64,000 nucleotides of DNA from positions 2,976,001 to 3,040,000 of the forward strand of contig NEEC01000013.1 in assembly GCA_002189035.1 (NCBI GenBank), written 5' to 3'. The translations under genes were made by a program, and so were the position numbers. Origin of the DNA: Utricularia gibba (Eukaryota > Plantae > Magnoliophyta). Shown one piece after another: positions 12,988 to 24,489 of the stretch (the stretch's first letter is position 1; each line of letters starts with the position of its first letter). Below the pieces are notes generated by a model that saw only the letters and a program-made list of their open reading frames with translations, was not told the DNA's origin and did not search any database.

Positions 12988-14319
12988 ATGTTGATGGAAA
13001 AAGCGAGACAGAGATCGAGATTCGTCTGTAATCCGTTCAATAGAAGGTTTCTGAGTGGGAGTTCACTTGGGGGGCATATGAGATCGCATGTAGTTGCGAA
13101 TTCTGGCGAATCAGAGAGATTTCAGGTGAAAAAGAAGCTGTTTTCTGTAACAGGAGAGGAAGAAGAAGATGCAGATCAGTTAATGAGAGACTCATGGGAA
13201 TTTGCAGAGTATGGTGAAGGTCAAAGTGGCGGTTATGGGCTGCGAGAGAATCCCAAGAAAACATCCAGAGCTGCTGATTCAGTAGCAGCAACTCCCTTGT
13301 TATCTAGAATTTGCAAGCAATGTGGGAAAGGATTTCAGTCCCTGAAGGCACTCTGTGGGCATATGGCTTGTCATTCTGAGAAAGAAAAAGTGTTGAAGGA
13401 TGACAGTTCCTGGACTCGTGAGAGTAACAAGACGGCGATGGATGGCTTTTCGGATACGGAATCAGATCAAAGGAGACAGAGGAGTAGCAGAAGATCATCT
13501 CTGAGGAAGCAACAGAGAATGGAATCTGTCGAGGATTCTCCATTTTCGTCGCTTTTCGAGATCGATGGACATGAACAAGTGGAGGTGGCAAGGTGTTTGA
13601 TGCTTCTGTCGAGGGATCAGATGAACCGGGGAGGCGGATATTCGGCTGTCGAGTCCTCGGACAACAACTCTGTCGTTGAGACAAAATCCTCATCCATTGA
13701 CATGAGGATGAGCAAGGGAAAGAAGTCCGGCTGCCGGCGGGAAGAGTCCCCTGAGATGAAAAGGACTGCAACGGAGGATGATTCTGATTCAGGGTACTTC
13801 CTGGATGAGAACACCCAGACGGAATCGGAGTCCAAATACGGGAACAACGCCTGTAAAAGGCTCGAATCCAGGAAAGCCACCGCTGCTAAGAATGAACAAG
13901 GCGATGAGCACCTCCCAAAGAGAAGTAAATTCCAATGCTTCAACTGCAACAAGATCTTCAATTCATATCAAGCTCTCGGAGGCCACAGGCCCTGCCATCG
14001 GCGAATCAGCGATCACGAGCCGAGGTACGAGAGCGGCGAAAACAGCCCAGAAGATGATCAGCGGATCAGGCAACGTAGTTCAAAGACTCCTCCCCGTGAC
14101 AAGAAAAGCAATGCCAAGAAGAGCAAAGTTCATGCCTGCCCCTTCTGCGACCGCGTTTTCAGAAACGGGCAGGCTTTAGGCGGGCACAAGAGGTCCCATT
14201 TCATGAACGCACATGGCGATACCAGGAACAGGGCTCCATTGATGAAGCCTGATCAGCTTGACCTCAATCTCCCTGCTCCTGAAGCCAGCGAAGACGCCTC
14301 CCATGGCCGCTTCTTTTGA
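12988..14319 (+). CDS. Four-finger C2H2 zinc-finger protein (QALGGH/ZAT type) with C-terminal EAR motif
   Basis: Intronless 443-aa ORF. Fingers: FVCNPF..LGGHMRSH (degenerate), CKQC..ALCGHMACH, CFNC..QALGGHRPCH, CPFC..QALGGHKRSH. It also has an EVARCLMLLS L-box and an LDLNLP EAR motif. Confidence 0.95.
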   Translation: MLMEKARQRSRFVCNPFNRRFLSGSSLGGHMRSHVVANSGESERFQVKKKLFSVTGEEEEDADQLMRDSWEFAEYGEGQSGGYGLRENPKKTSRAADSVAATPLLSRICKQCGKGFQSLKALCGHMACHSEKEKVLKDDSSWTRESNKTAMDGFSDTESDQRRQRSSRRSSLRKQQRMESVEDSPFSSLFEIDGHEQVEVARCLMLLSRDQMNRGGGYSAVESSDNNSVVETKSSSIDMRMSKGKKSGCRREESPEMKRTATEDDSDSGYFLDENTQTESESKYGNNACKRLESRKATAAKNEQGDEHLPKRSKFQCFNCNKIFNSYQALGGHRPCHRRISDHEPRYESGENSPEDDQRIRQRSSKTPPRDKKSNAKKSKVHACPFCDRVFRNGQALGGHKRSHFMNAHGDTRNRAPLMKPDQLDLNLPAPEASEDASHGRFF

Positions 14320-14752
14320 AGATAGAAGCTTTTTTTCCTGCTCTGGCTTCTTGTTTCTCATCTGAAGCATGGCAATACATAAGGTATCTATCTGTAGAAA
14401 CCATTCATCATCATTCTTCTTCTACTGAACCAGCAGCCATGAAGTCATGGTAAATTACTTTTTAAAAAGGTTGACTTTGAGGTGACTGTCTGAGATCGGA
14501 GTGGGATCCATTTGTATGCATATGGGGCCATTAGTCAGTCAAACAGATAAAAGCCCATTGGTATATGGGGCCCATTCTTGTTTTCTGAAGCGGGGCCCAT
14601 CTTCGCATGTGGGCCACGTCGCTTTCTATATGAAGACAGAGTAAAATTATACGTTTTTTGTATGGAAAAATTGTTGCTCCATTTTCTGTTTCAGGTCTCG
14701 TGTCCCGGAGGAGTTGGAGCTGACACATTGCTGAATGTGATCAGGCGCGCCC

Positions 14753-16383
14753 ATGGCGGCTCTTCTTCGTTTAGCTTTCTTTATTTTCTTCTTCGGGTTC
14801 TGTATGCGTGGGTCGGTGGTGATCTTTGTGATTGTGGAGATGATTGATCGCCTGGTCTGGATTAACATGCTACACAGTGAGTGGGACAGACTACAGGGTC
14901 GTTACTGAATTGTGCGTTTTTAGTTTCCTTTTTCAAACTTACAATTTGAGATATATTTGTTGCTGATTCTTTGTTTCTCAGTGTATTGATTCATCCTGCT
15001 GCAGGGAATTGTATGCCGTTCCGATTGATGGTTCTGTATCTGTTGCAGTTACTAACCTAGTTGATCTTAGAAGACTGTAATGAGCATCTCTCATCTTTTC
15101 TTTTCTGCGTTTTCTAAACTCCGACCATGGTTTTTTTTTCAAAGGACTTGCATAACAACAAATTGACTGGGCCAATTCCGTCAGAGAAAGGACGACTGAA
15201 ACATCTGAAGATACTGTAATGATCTCAGCTTTCTCACAGCAGACGCACTTGACTATGTTTGTTTTCGTGATCGGATGCATAGCATTTTGAAGTATAAAGT
15301 AATTTTGGTATAGAACCATCATTGTCAGAACGCATGTTTGGCCTTATCAATTGTAGCTGAATTATTTCCTGCAAACTTATAAACTAGATGAGCTTATCCT
15401 CTTGGTTGATTACGAATTTTTTGTGTTTTATGATCTTTATGTTTCAGAAACTTGGGATTGAACAAATTCCTAGATGGCATCCCCCCTGAGATTGGTGAGA
15501 TAAAGCAGCTGACTCATCTGTGTGTGAGTGTTTTTTTGGATCTATCCGAATGCCCTCCGGCATCCTTAGTTTTCATAGTGGATATACATTCTGCAGAATT
15601 TCTGCAGATACTTGAGTTTTAATAACTTGAGGGGTGAAATCCCAAAGGAGCTTTCAAATCTCCCTGAGCTTCAAAATCTCCAGCTTAGAGAGATGAGATG
15701 CTTCCCAGCTCTTCGTAATCTGTAAGCTTTCTCTTCCTCTCTTTGTGTTCTTTCAATTCCTTCATACACTACACATGCGTAATGAAATGTAGAAGTGACA
15801 GTTCCTTCCATCCTGCCATAATATTACAGGCACCTTTACAATAACCACTTCACCGGAGGCATTCCATCACAGGTTGCTAATCTCACTGAGTTGAAACTCT
15901 TGTGAATTCATCCACCAGATAAACTCATTGTTTTTTCTGCTATAAGTTCATGTGGGCTGCTATTTAAAGCTTTTGCATCGTTACTCAGATACTTATCACA
16001 TAACAAAATGTCGGGGGCAATTCCATTTGCAGTTGTTCACATTCCTCGGTTAACATACTTGCAAGTATACTCTCACAGAACCTATAACCTTGTTGCTTTG
16101 TCCCAGCATTACTATCCTCGCTATAAAAACTTCCTATGACAATCAGTTCTCTGTAAGAATTCCCGGTACATTCTACAAGCATCCATTTCTCATGGAAATG
16201 TAAGCTCTCCCTTGCTTCATAACTTCCTAACATTCAGCTGAAGCAGTAATCTTCGATCCATCTTGTTTGATGTTTGAAATGTTCTCACTCTGGTATATCA
16301 AAGGAAACCTGTTTCGTCCTGCCACCAAACCATTTGGTTAACACAAACTCCTCGAGCTTTATGATTCAGAAATGCTGTTTTAG
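14753..16383 (+). pseudogene. Decayed extracellular LRR-protein gene (At5g61240/At1g13910-like)
   Basis: A ladder of 72-bp LRR exons (15005-15076, 15448-15519, 15830-15901, 15989-16060) translates to ELYAVPIDG..AVTNLVDLRRL, DLHNNKLTGPIP, NLGLNKFLDGIPPEIGE, YLSFNNLRGEIPKELSNLPEL, FYKHPFL, YIKGNLF. It carries frameshifts, deletions, lost acceptors and a premature TAA at 16339-16341. Confidence 0.88.
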
Positions 16384-16696
16384 AAGATTTCTCTGACGCC
16401 TCTTTCCTTGTACTGGTTTCCGTTTTTTCAAGATCCTTGACCTGCTGCAAGAAGATTTATTTCATCAGGGGGGCCTGGAAGTGCAATGAATTGTATATAT
16501 AACTGCGGAAGCAAACTGTAGAGTTTGATCTTTCGACTATAAATCCATACGGATTATTGCTACTGGTTTCCAGCTTTGATTTATTGATGCAAGTGGGTTA
16601 GTCTAGGAACTACTCGTTGGGTTTATAAACAACGAGAGCCCATGAAACATATGAAATACAACATCAGCAAAAATGAAAGCAGCTTTTGATTTTTCT

Positions 16697-17066
16697 GGTT
16701 GATAATTCGACCCCCTTTTTTATACTTCCTTACTTTGTGTTTGAAGCCTAGGTTGCCTACCTGAGTTACTTGGTGTTGCAGGTACGATGTTCTAGCTATC
16801 GGAGTTATTGTTGCAGTCGAGTCCCAAGCTTGCGTTTCTGTGATAACCTCAATTGTAGTGGCATTTGGACAGTTCCCTTGCTTGGTTGGTAATTCGTCCC
16901 CCTTTCTTGTACTTCATTACTGTGTGTTTGAAGCGTAGGTTGTCTACCTGAGTTACTTGGTGTTGCAGGTACGGTGTTCCAGCTATCGGGGTTATTGTTG
17001 CAGCCGAGTCCCAAGCTTGCGTTTCTGTGATAACCGTTGTAATGACATTTGGACAGTTCACTTGTT
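16697..17066. repeat. Tandem direct duplication, 2 copies of about 187 bp
   Basis: Copies begin at about 16697 and 16884. They share long near-identical blocks such as TACCTGAGTTACTTGGTGTTGCAGGTACG and GAGTCCCAAGCTTGCGTTTCTGTGATAACC. Confidence 0.9.
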
Positions 17067-17456
17067 ATCTTTGTGCGTGCAGCGTTGTTGATGTTCCCTT
17101 TTGTGTAGTTTTGGGTTCACGCTGGTGAAACACAATATTAATCATTAGTAAATTACTCCCCCTTATTTACATCATTTATGGTATTTGTTGAACAGCAATC
17201 CAACAGGGAGAAATTCCAGTGGATTAGCATCAAATGACCGCATTGTTGGAGAAATATTGCGAGGTTAAGGAGATGACCAGTTCGCCGTTATTACAACCTT
17301 GAAACACCAACACAAACTGCAATGGAAATACAGAGCAGACACAGACCCGAAAACAGAAAACTCCGATCAACCAGTACAAAGAGACGTAGCAATACTGAAC
17401 ACACCATAGTTTTTCAGTGAATCATAGCAGTATTCAGTTTCTTTGATCAGATTTTC

Positions 17457-18307
17457 TCATTTTTTGAGAAAACCGCCGGCGAGATTCGCCAGGCCGCTGA
17501 AGCCACCGCCTTCAGATTTGCCGGCTTCGCTTAAAAATCCTTCAGCCGCCTTCACATAATCTTCGGCTCCGGTACCCTTAGTAGCCTCGTTCAGCAACCC
17601 TTCAGCAAGTTTACCGTACTCTTCTTCTCCTCCGGTGACGGCGGGGCATGGGGCTTTTCAGTGTCGGTGGCGGTGGGTGGCTTTTCATCCTCTACTACAT
17701 CAGTTTCGATTTTCTTTACGGCAGCTGCTTTTTCTTCATCTGGATCAGGTTCTGAAGTTTTCGTGGGAGGAGCTACTTTTTCCGATTCAGCTTCAGGGGA
17801 CTCGGCAGCAGCGGGCTTCTCTTCCTCCACTTCAGGAACTGGTTTTTGCGATTCAGGGGCGGCGTCGGCAGGGGGGATCTTTTCCTCGGCGTCCTCCTTT
17901 TTAGAAACAGGGGCTGTTTCTTCTTCAACAGGATCTTCCTTTTTCGGAACAGGGGCTGCCTCTGTTACCTCTTCTGCTGCAGCTGGCTTCTTAACTTCGG
18001 CAGCGGGTGCTTCAGTGGGTTCGCCGGAGGTGCTGAACTTTCGGAGATATCCCTCCGCTTCATCAAGATATTTTCCGACACCTTGTGTTTCGTCTAGCTT
18101 CCCGTACTGAGCCGCAGCGTCGAGAAGACTTGCAGCGGCTCCGGCCACTTTAGCGTTGTCGACTGTATCAGGCTGATGATTGATCTGCGCCTGAGCAGCT
18201 TCGGCGACTAACTTGGCGCTGGAGAAAAGATCGGAAGATGAGTTTTCCGACTGTTCGGAACCGGGTTTGGGCTGCGCAGCCTTGGCTAATCCAGCTAAGA
18301 AATCCAT
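17457..18307 (-). CDS. Nodulin-related protein (NRP1/At2g03440-like) with extended acidic linker; 1-bp frameshift as assembled
   Basis: N-terminal SSSDLFSSAKLVAEAAQA..DNAKVAGAAASLLDAAAQYGKLDETQGVGKYLDEAEGYL is the NRP core. The family-like C-terminus GGGFSGLANLAGGFLKK* (TGA at 17457-17459) lies in another frame. The span is 851 nt, one short of a multiple of 3. Confidence 0.85.
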
Positions 18308-20316
18308 CGTCGACGGAGAATCCTTCTGTACTCTTCTCAGTGAAGGCTGCCGGTGAGGAACAAAAAAAACCACGTATCCGGATATATACCTCCAGGGCCA
18401 GCACCGGACAATAAAAATTAACTTTTATAAACAAACAAAGGATATTTCATAATTCGAGATTAATGCATATTTCAAAAAAAGATATTTACAACATTTTTGT
18501 GTTATACTGGAGTTTATATTTACTAATTTAATCGCATAAATAATAACACACCGGAAAATGTAACACAGTTGCCACGTGGTGGGACTTACATCCAATCATT
18601 TGCTTGATATTTTAGAGAAATTTGGATTATTTATTCACATTATGAAGAGCATCATTTAATACAAGGCTACGCCTACGGTACAACACGCTGATTTTATTGA
18701 AAAAATGTCAATTTACATTATCACCCTTTTAACATATTTTAAGTTTTCATTAGCAATTTAATCTATTTAGTAAAATACACATATTGAATAATAATACACA
18801 ATTTATGATAAAAACATATTTTCTCTCATGATAACACCTCCGTGATACTAGAATATTATTATTTATCAATAATACGATTAAAAAATCATTAATTAATTAA
18901 TTAATTAAGCATCTTGAGGCTACGGCGTGTGAGCCCCACTAGAGGAATGAATGATCAGTCAAGTTGAGTGGTTGAAAGCCATTTTCTTCATTTAATGTAC
19001 GTAGCTGCCAAAATATAGAAATCTTTTATTTTTGGTAATTAATTTAATCCTCCCGCACCCCCATAAAAAATGTGGTATCTACTTCATCCCAATCCCTCCA
19101 TTTCATAGTTAAAAATATTAATATACGTGCGATATGTGAAATATTAGCATATCATTATTTTAAATATATATTTATGAAATTTATGTATCAATCAATTATT
19201 GGTCAAAAAACATAATTACAAACTTTAATCACTTTATTTAAATACATTATTGCGGGCCACCACAAGTGATCTTTTTATTTAGGAGGGCATGAAGTTGTTG
19301 AATTTGCAGTTGAACCCCTTCCTCAGGAAGGCGACGTGGAGCTGTTGGGCCCACAACCACAAGTGTAAGAAGTAATAAATATTAGGGGATGATGCTCGCC
19401 GTCCACGTCATGAAACTAACTAAACAACGAAAAAGGATCAAATAATTTCCACAGCGGGTCCCACTGTCGGCAACAATTTTTTCATTTATTTTATTAAAAA
19501 CATTTAATTTATTACTCTAATCTCACACAACATTCTTTGTTTTTTTTTCCCTAAAATCCTAGTAATCAGTAAACTTTTGTCGAAAAAAAATTCGCATTTT
19601 AATTTGTACAACCGATTAATTAATTTTCAACATCGAAAACAAATACCTAAAATTGCAGATCTACCCTGAAATTTTCATAAGGCCCTAGACAAGAGAATGT
19701 GGGAGGAAGGGATATGAAAGAAAGGGAGCAGACAAGAGAATGTGAGAGCAAAAGGAGGAAAAAGTCATCGGGAATTTATGGAAGGGTCATCCCCATCCTA
19801 ATCCCCTTGCAGCATTCATCCAATTCATTCCCAACCGCTTCTCACATGCTGGCAACAGCAATGATGCAATAGTGATGGACACAGACACACACAGTGGTGT
19901 ACCACACACATAGACATTATTGAGTACTTCCACCCTGCACAGCACAGAGTGTTGCATTCTAACCACAAAACGTGCTGCTGCAAAGGTGTTTAGGTGGTGT
20001 GTGTGTTGTATAAAGAAATAAGAAACTGTACGGGTGCAACATATGTTACACTTTTCCCTTTCGTGCATCATGAATGTCTTGGGTGAATGTCTCTTTCCGG
20101 TGCCAAATGCATGATGAAGCATACCTTTTGGGAGAAGGGGAGGTGTCCTGTGCTGAAAAATGAGAACATGAGACTACAAATTCAATGTGTATGTAGAGGG
20201 TAAATGCAGAATTTCGACATGTATATAGATCAACCATCATGGCGTGAATGGGTTCCTAAAGTATTGGATTCAAATTGGAAACACTCCCTGGAGGTGGATC
20301 TAAACTAGCCAAAATG

Positions 20317-22831
20317 CTAAGTGGCGAGCCGGACGACTGTCCCAAGCCAGTCATGGGGTATGTGATGCTTGAACCCCCCTTTGAGAGCTACAAGCGAGTG
20401 ATCTGTTGCTGCCTGAAGAGGTATATACGTATGAGTGTGTTGTAAAGGGGTGTTCCTTTGGAGCAGGAGATCAAAACTTGCAAGTAAAATTGCCTTCACA
20501 ATGTAGACATCAATTCCCAATTTGGCGATCATTGCAGCCTCTGATAACTTGGTGACCATACCCCCTGTGGTGTCGTGTGCTGCTACAGATATATCAACTG
20601 GTTGAAAAAAAAAGCCGAGGAATTAGAAAACTTTCGCAGAACCAACTTAGCATAGTAGAAATAACAGCTTGCAGTGCTGCAACTTACCTGTGGTTTCTTG
20701 TATCTTGGGGTCCATTACATACCAGCTCCCATCTTCATTCACAGCTGCAGTTGTGAAAAAAACAGCTTATCTTCAAATTGAAGCCGAATATTCAAGGTGA
20801 CTAGCAATCACAAATTTGACCTATTTCCCTTAGAAGCACAGCAGCAGGCTCCGTTGGAGGAAGGTTATACACACCTAGCACATCCGTCTATATTACTTAA
20901 GGGACTACCAGAATATGCCAATTCATTTTTACAGAACGCAAACATCACACGTATATGGTGGATACGAGAAAAACAACATATTCAGGCCTTAATTGCTCCG
21001 CAAGATGGCGAATAATCACATCTCCACTCAATATAGTGCACCCCTGAACAATTTCAATCTCGTTCATGAATACGGAAATGTGCAAACAGGAGCTAAATTG
21101 AAATAAAAATGCTAACCTGTGAGGAGTCCAGCACGGCATCTCCATGCAAAACCTGGATTGAGAAACCAACCAAATTCAAGATAATATTCCATGCAAAATC
21201 AAGGTAGTGGTGTAGCTGATGGTTGCATGCGGACGCTATTTAAGCAGAAGATCATTAAACACAGATTAAACTGGGACGGAAAAAAATGTTAAAGAGGAAT
21301 TGTCACATATGATTTCCAGCAGATATTCAGGAATCAAGCATGAGGGTGAAGAAGTATTGAAGCAAAAATCTTACAGGTACAAATCCTTTGGCTATGGCAT
21401 TAGTCAATACAGAGGTATCTGCACATGATAGCTGTAAAAATGTTTTCTTAAGATGAGGTGTAGAAGATAAACAAAGTGTAATGTTGTAAGATTTGAATTC
21501 CTTAGGATTTCCCACATTTCTTTCAGATGTAGACCAGCCGCATGAAAAGGGAGACATCCCAATGGAAGGAATACCCTCTGCACAACAAGCATATTTGTGT
21601 AAAGGAATAGCCTCAAAAATCTGTAAAGACGATTGATCTAGTGTGAAAATATGTCCAACAACAGGTTGTAAAAGAAAGGAGCTACATAATTTAGATTCAG
21701 TAGTCAATGCTCATTGCATAATTTGTCTTTCATTATATGTTTATCAGAAGTTTTGGGTTACTCGAACTTAATGGTTGCTCAAAATCGAGTGAATATAAAG
21801 TATGATAACAATTGAGTAGAACACAATGCACCATACGCTTGGCAAGAGCTCTTACGACTTCAAGATTGAGCGAAGTGACCTGAAAAATTCAGACACATCA
21901 ACAGAAATCAGTCATATATGAAGCGATGCAAAGTGCAAATTAAAAATAGGTATATGAGATTTACAAACATAAAAACTATAAATTATAGAGATGTGGAAAG
22001 AGACAAGAATATTAAGTCTGCATGAAATTGAAAAAATCTCACCGATATTCTTGTAGCAACGAATCCTGACTTAACAAGAGGCCGCTCCAATCCACCTTTA
22101 TGCACCCCCGACTTGCTTGCATGGAAGTGTCCAAAAGAACCTAAACAATGATAAATGACACAAATTCATAATCAAGGCCCTAGGAGCCAATTCAATCTTC
22201 CCCTTATGTCAAGTAACTTCTGTACATCCTCAGGGGCTCTTTTTTTTTTTTTTTTTGCTACATTTTCAATTCAACGGGCGGCAGGTTTTCGACATAAATT
22301 AACAAGTGAATAAAGAGCTGTAACACTGGTGAAGGGTAATTTAGAAAGTGAACCTGCACCATGAACAATTACAAAACTTTCAGACTCTGATTCTGAAAGA
22401 TCATCTTGATAATCAGCTACAGATGGAATTTCTACAGATCCAGGTCTTCTACTCCAATCCATTACACGATCATGCGTTATATCCAATGCTTGCCTTAACT
22501 GTGATGACAGATGATTGAGGTTGTCCTCATTTACTCTCTCAAATTCATGCTTCTCTGTAATTGCCGCTCCACCTTAGTTGAAAAGCGGAGTGTTGTGAGA
22601 GACAGCGCATACTTAACAAGGAATGTAGAATAGCACAGAGTGTTTATTCAGACACATTCTCCAATCAACAAGCTACCCACATCAAATCCACCTAATTCAG
22701 GCAGAGAACAAATTAGAGTACCGTAAGCATTAAAAATGCTCACCGAACTTTACGATGCAACGGAGAGATTTTTCACGCGGTAACTTGGCGGCAAAACTCA
22801 CGTCGCCGGCACTGGTTGGCCGATTGTCCAT
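20317..22831 (-). CDS. IPK: Isopentenyl phosphate kinase (amino acid kinase family), multi-exon
   Basis: Spliced exons give LRCIVKFGGAAITEK, FVIVHGAGSFGHFHASKSGVHKGG, EGIPSIGMSPFSCGWSTSERN, GFVPVLHGDAVLD, GCTILSGDVIIRHLAEQLRPEYVVFLTDVLGVY and HDTTGGMVTKLSEAAMIAKLGIDVYIVK. The last intron is GC-AG (20413-20493). Confidence 0.95.
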
Positions 22832-23103
22832 TTAGATCGCCGTCGGCAGACACTTTTTCGATGCTCTTTATATTCTCTTTTATCAAAAAAAAAATCAGAA
22901 TATTTTTAATACGGATACAGTCCACGTTCATGTAGAGCCTGTTAAAACGTTTCAGGCCCATTTAGTGGATCATATTCATTGGGCCACAGCCTGTCATACG
23001 TGGCATATCTGAAAATGCCACGTATGCTGAGCTCTATTTTGCGAAAAATTAAATTAATAACTGAAATTTTCATTTCAATTGTGTTCTAAACGAACGGATA
23101 AAT

Positions 23104-23969
23104 CTACAGTTTGAATTTGATATCTGACCGCCGGTCGTGGGCACAAACGCCGCCCATCTCCTCATCGGAGACTTTCGGTTGCTCGTGAATAGTTTTGCAA
23201 TGGGCATACAAAATCGTATTCGTTGCCACACTATACAACAAATAAACGCTGCAAGAAACAGAGAACCCAATGACCTGAACAGCAACCCACAAACTGCTCC
23301 TCCACCCCCGGCTGCCACGTTCACCCGCGCCGGGCGTCAGATGCGAATACCAAAAAAGAAGCACCCCAACCGCAGCCCATTTGAAAAGAATCATCAAAAG
23401 CACGATCATTTTCACTCCACGAACTAAAACGCAACTCCTTTTCAAGGACACGAAGCTCCATTCCGATTCCAACACAACAACCGCAGCTGAAAGATACCAA
23501 GCTATCTGCAAGTAAATCAGCAAACTGAAAAACAATGCCACAACGGTGAAACCGAAAGCCAGAAAAGAGTAACTGTCGTAGTCCATCTCAATCCCCCCGA
23601 TAACAGAGCATTATAGGCAAGCAAGGCAAAACCAGCGAAACTCAATGCGATTAGGAAGAGTATGATGCCGATAAGAAGAAACGTCGCCAGAAGAGGGATG
23701 AATGAGACTGTAATCATTTTCAGGGAGGAAGTAAACCTGACGGGTCTACCGTGAAACGCAGTAAATGTGCTGTGGGTGATTGAAATCCTAGCAGAGACTA
23801 CGCAAATGAATAGAAAAACTTCATCGGGGAATGAGGAAAATGCGTAGACAACTAGGAGTTTGGAAATAGAGATGACGAAGAGGAAGAGCGAACCGAGGGA
23901 GAAGAAATGAAAAGGATGAGTAGCGAATATGCGCGTTGTTTCAGAGATGAGTTTGCAGAGGTTTGCCAT
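23104..23969 (-). CDS. Intronless multi-pass membrane protein of unknown function (At1g26650/At2g18690-like); 1-bp frameshift as assembled
   Basis: Two overlapping hydrophobic ORFs (23517-24032 and 23104-23586) join at the C6 run 23593-23598. Family-like motifs: TFTAFHGRPVRF, YLQIAWYLSAAVVVLESEWSFVSLKRSCVLV, TILYAHCK. Confidence 0.75.
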
Positions 23970-24489
23970 GGAAGCACTTGTGGAAGAAGGTGGACGTGGA
24001 TGCCGTATCGGGGGGTTAAGAGGACAAGGCAACGGAAGAGTTGCTGGAGTGCAAGCAATTGGTAACTAGTGTGAAAGCTAGTAAACGATTATCCAAACAA
24101 AGAGGTGAAAATATGAATTTTGATATTCAACGGGATGGAAATGCAAACAACAGAACGTTTTGGGCAATTTGGTTAAAAAAAGAAAGAAACTCCTTGAAAA
24201 TGGGAATAACCAAACTTTGGGGGCGCATTTGGAATAAAGTTGTATTATTTATCATTTGTTTCTCCGATTATTCTGGGGCGGGGACCAACCGCAATTGCCC
24301 GTTACTCTCTCGACTTTGATCGGAGTCAACTCGCCGGATTCGACTTCGGATATTCAAGGCATCTTGTAAGTGAATCTGTTGATCCAACTCACGTTGTAAT
24401 GTGAAATAAGGGTGAGAAATGAGAATGGTGTATTATGGTTTAAAACAATTTCATATGATTTTCCTGAGTGGAAGATCGGTATAGGGGAG

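Noticed and set aside
17661-18110. Overlapping 149-aa and 83-aa plus-strand ORFs
   Set aside because: Antisense shadows of the low-complexity Glu/Ala/Pro/Lys region of the nodulin-related gene.
19680-20130. 15-bp direct repeat (AGACAAGAGAATGTG) and CA/GT-rich tract, possible miRNA precursor
   Set aside because: No match to conserved miRNA families I checked by eye and no convincing long hairpin.
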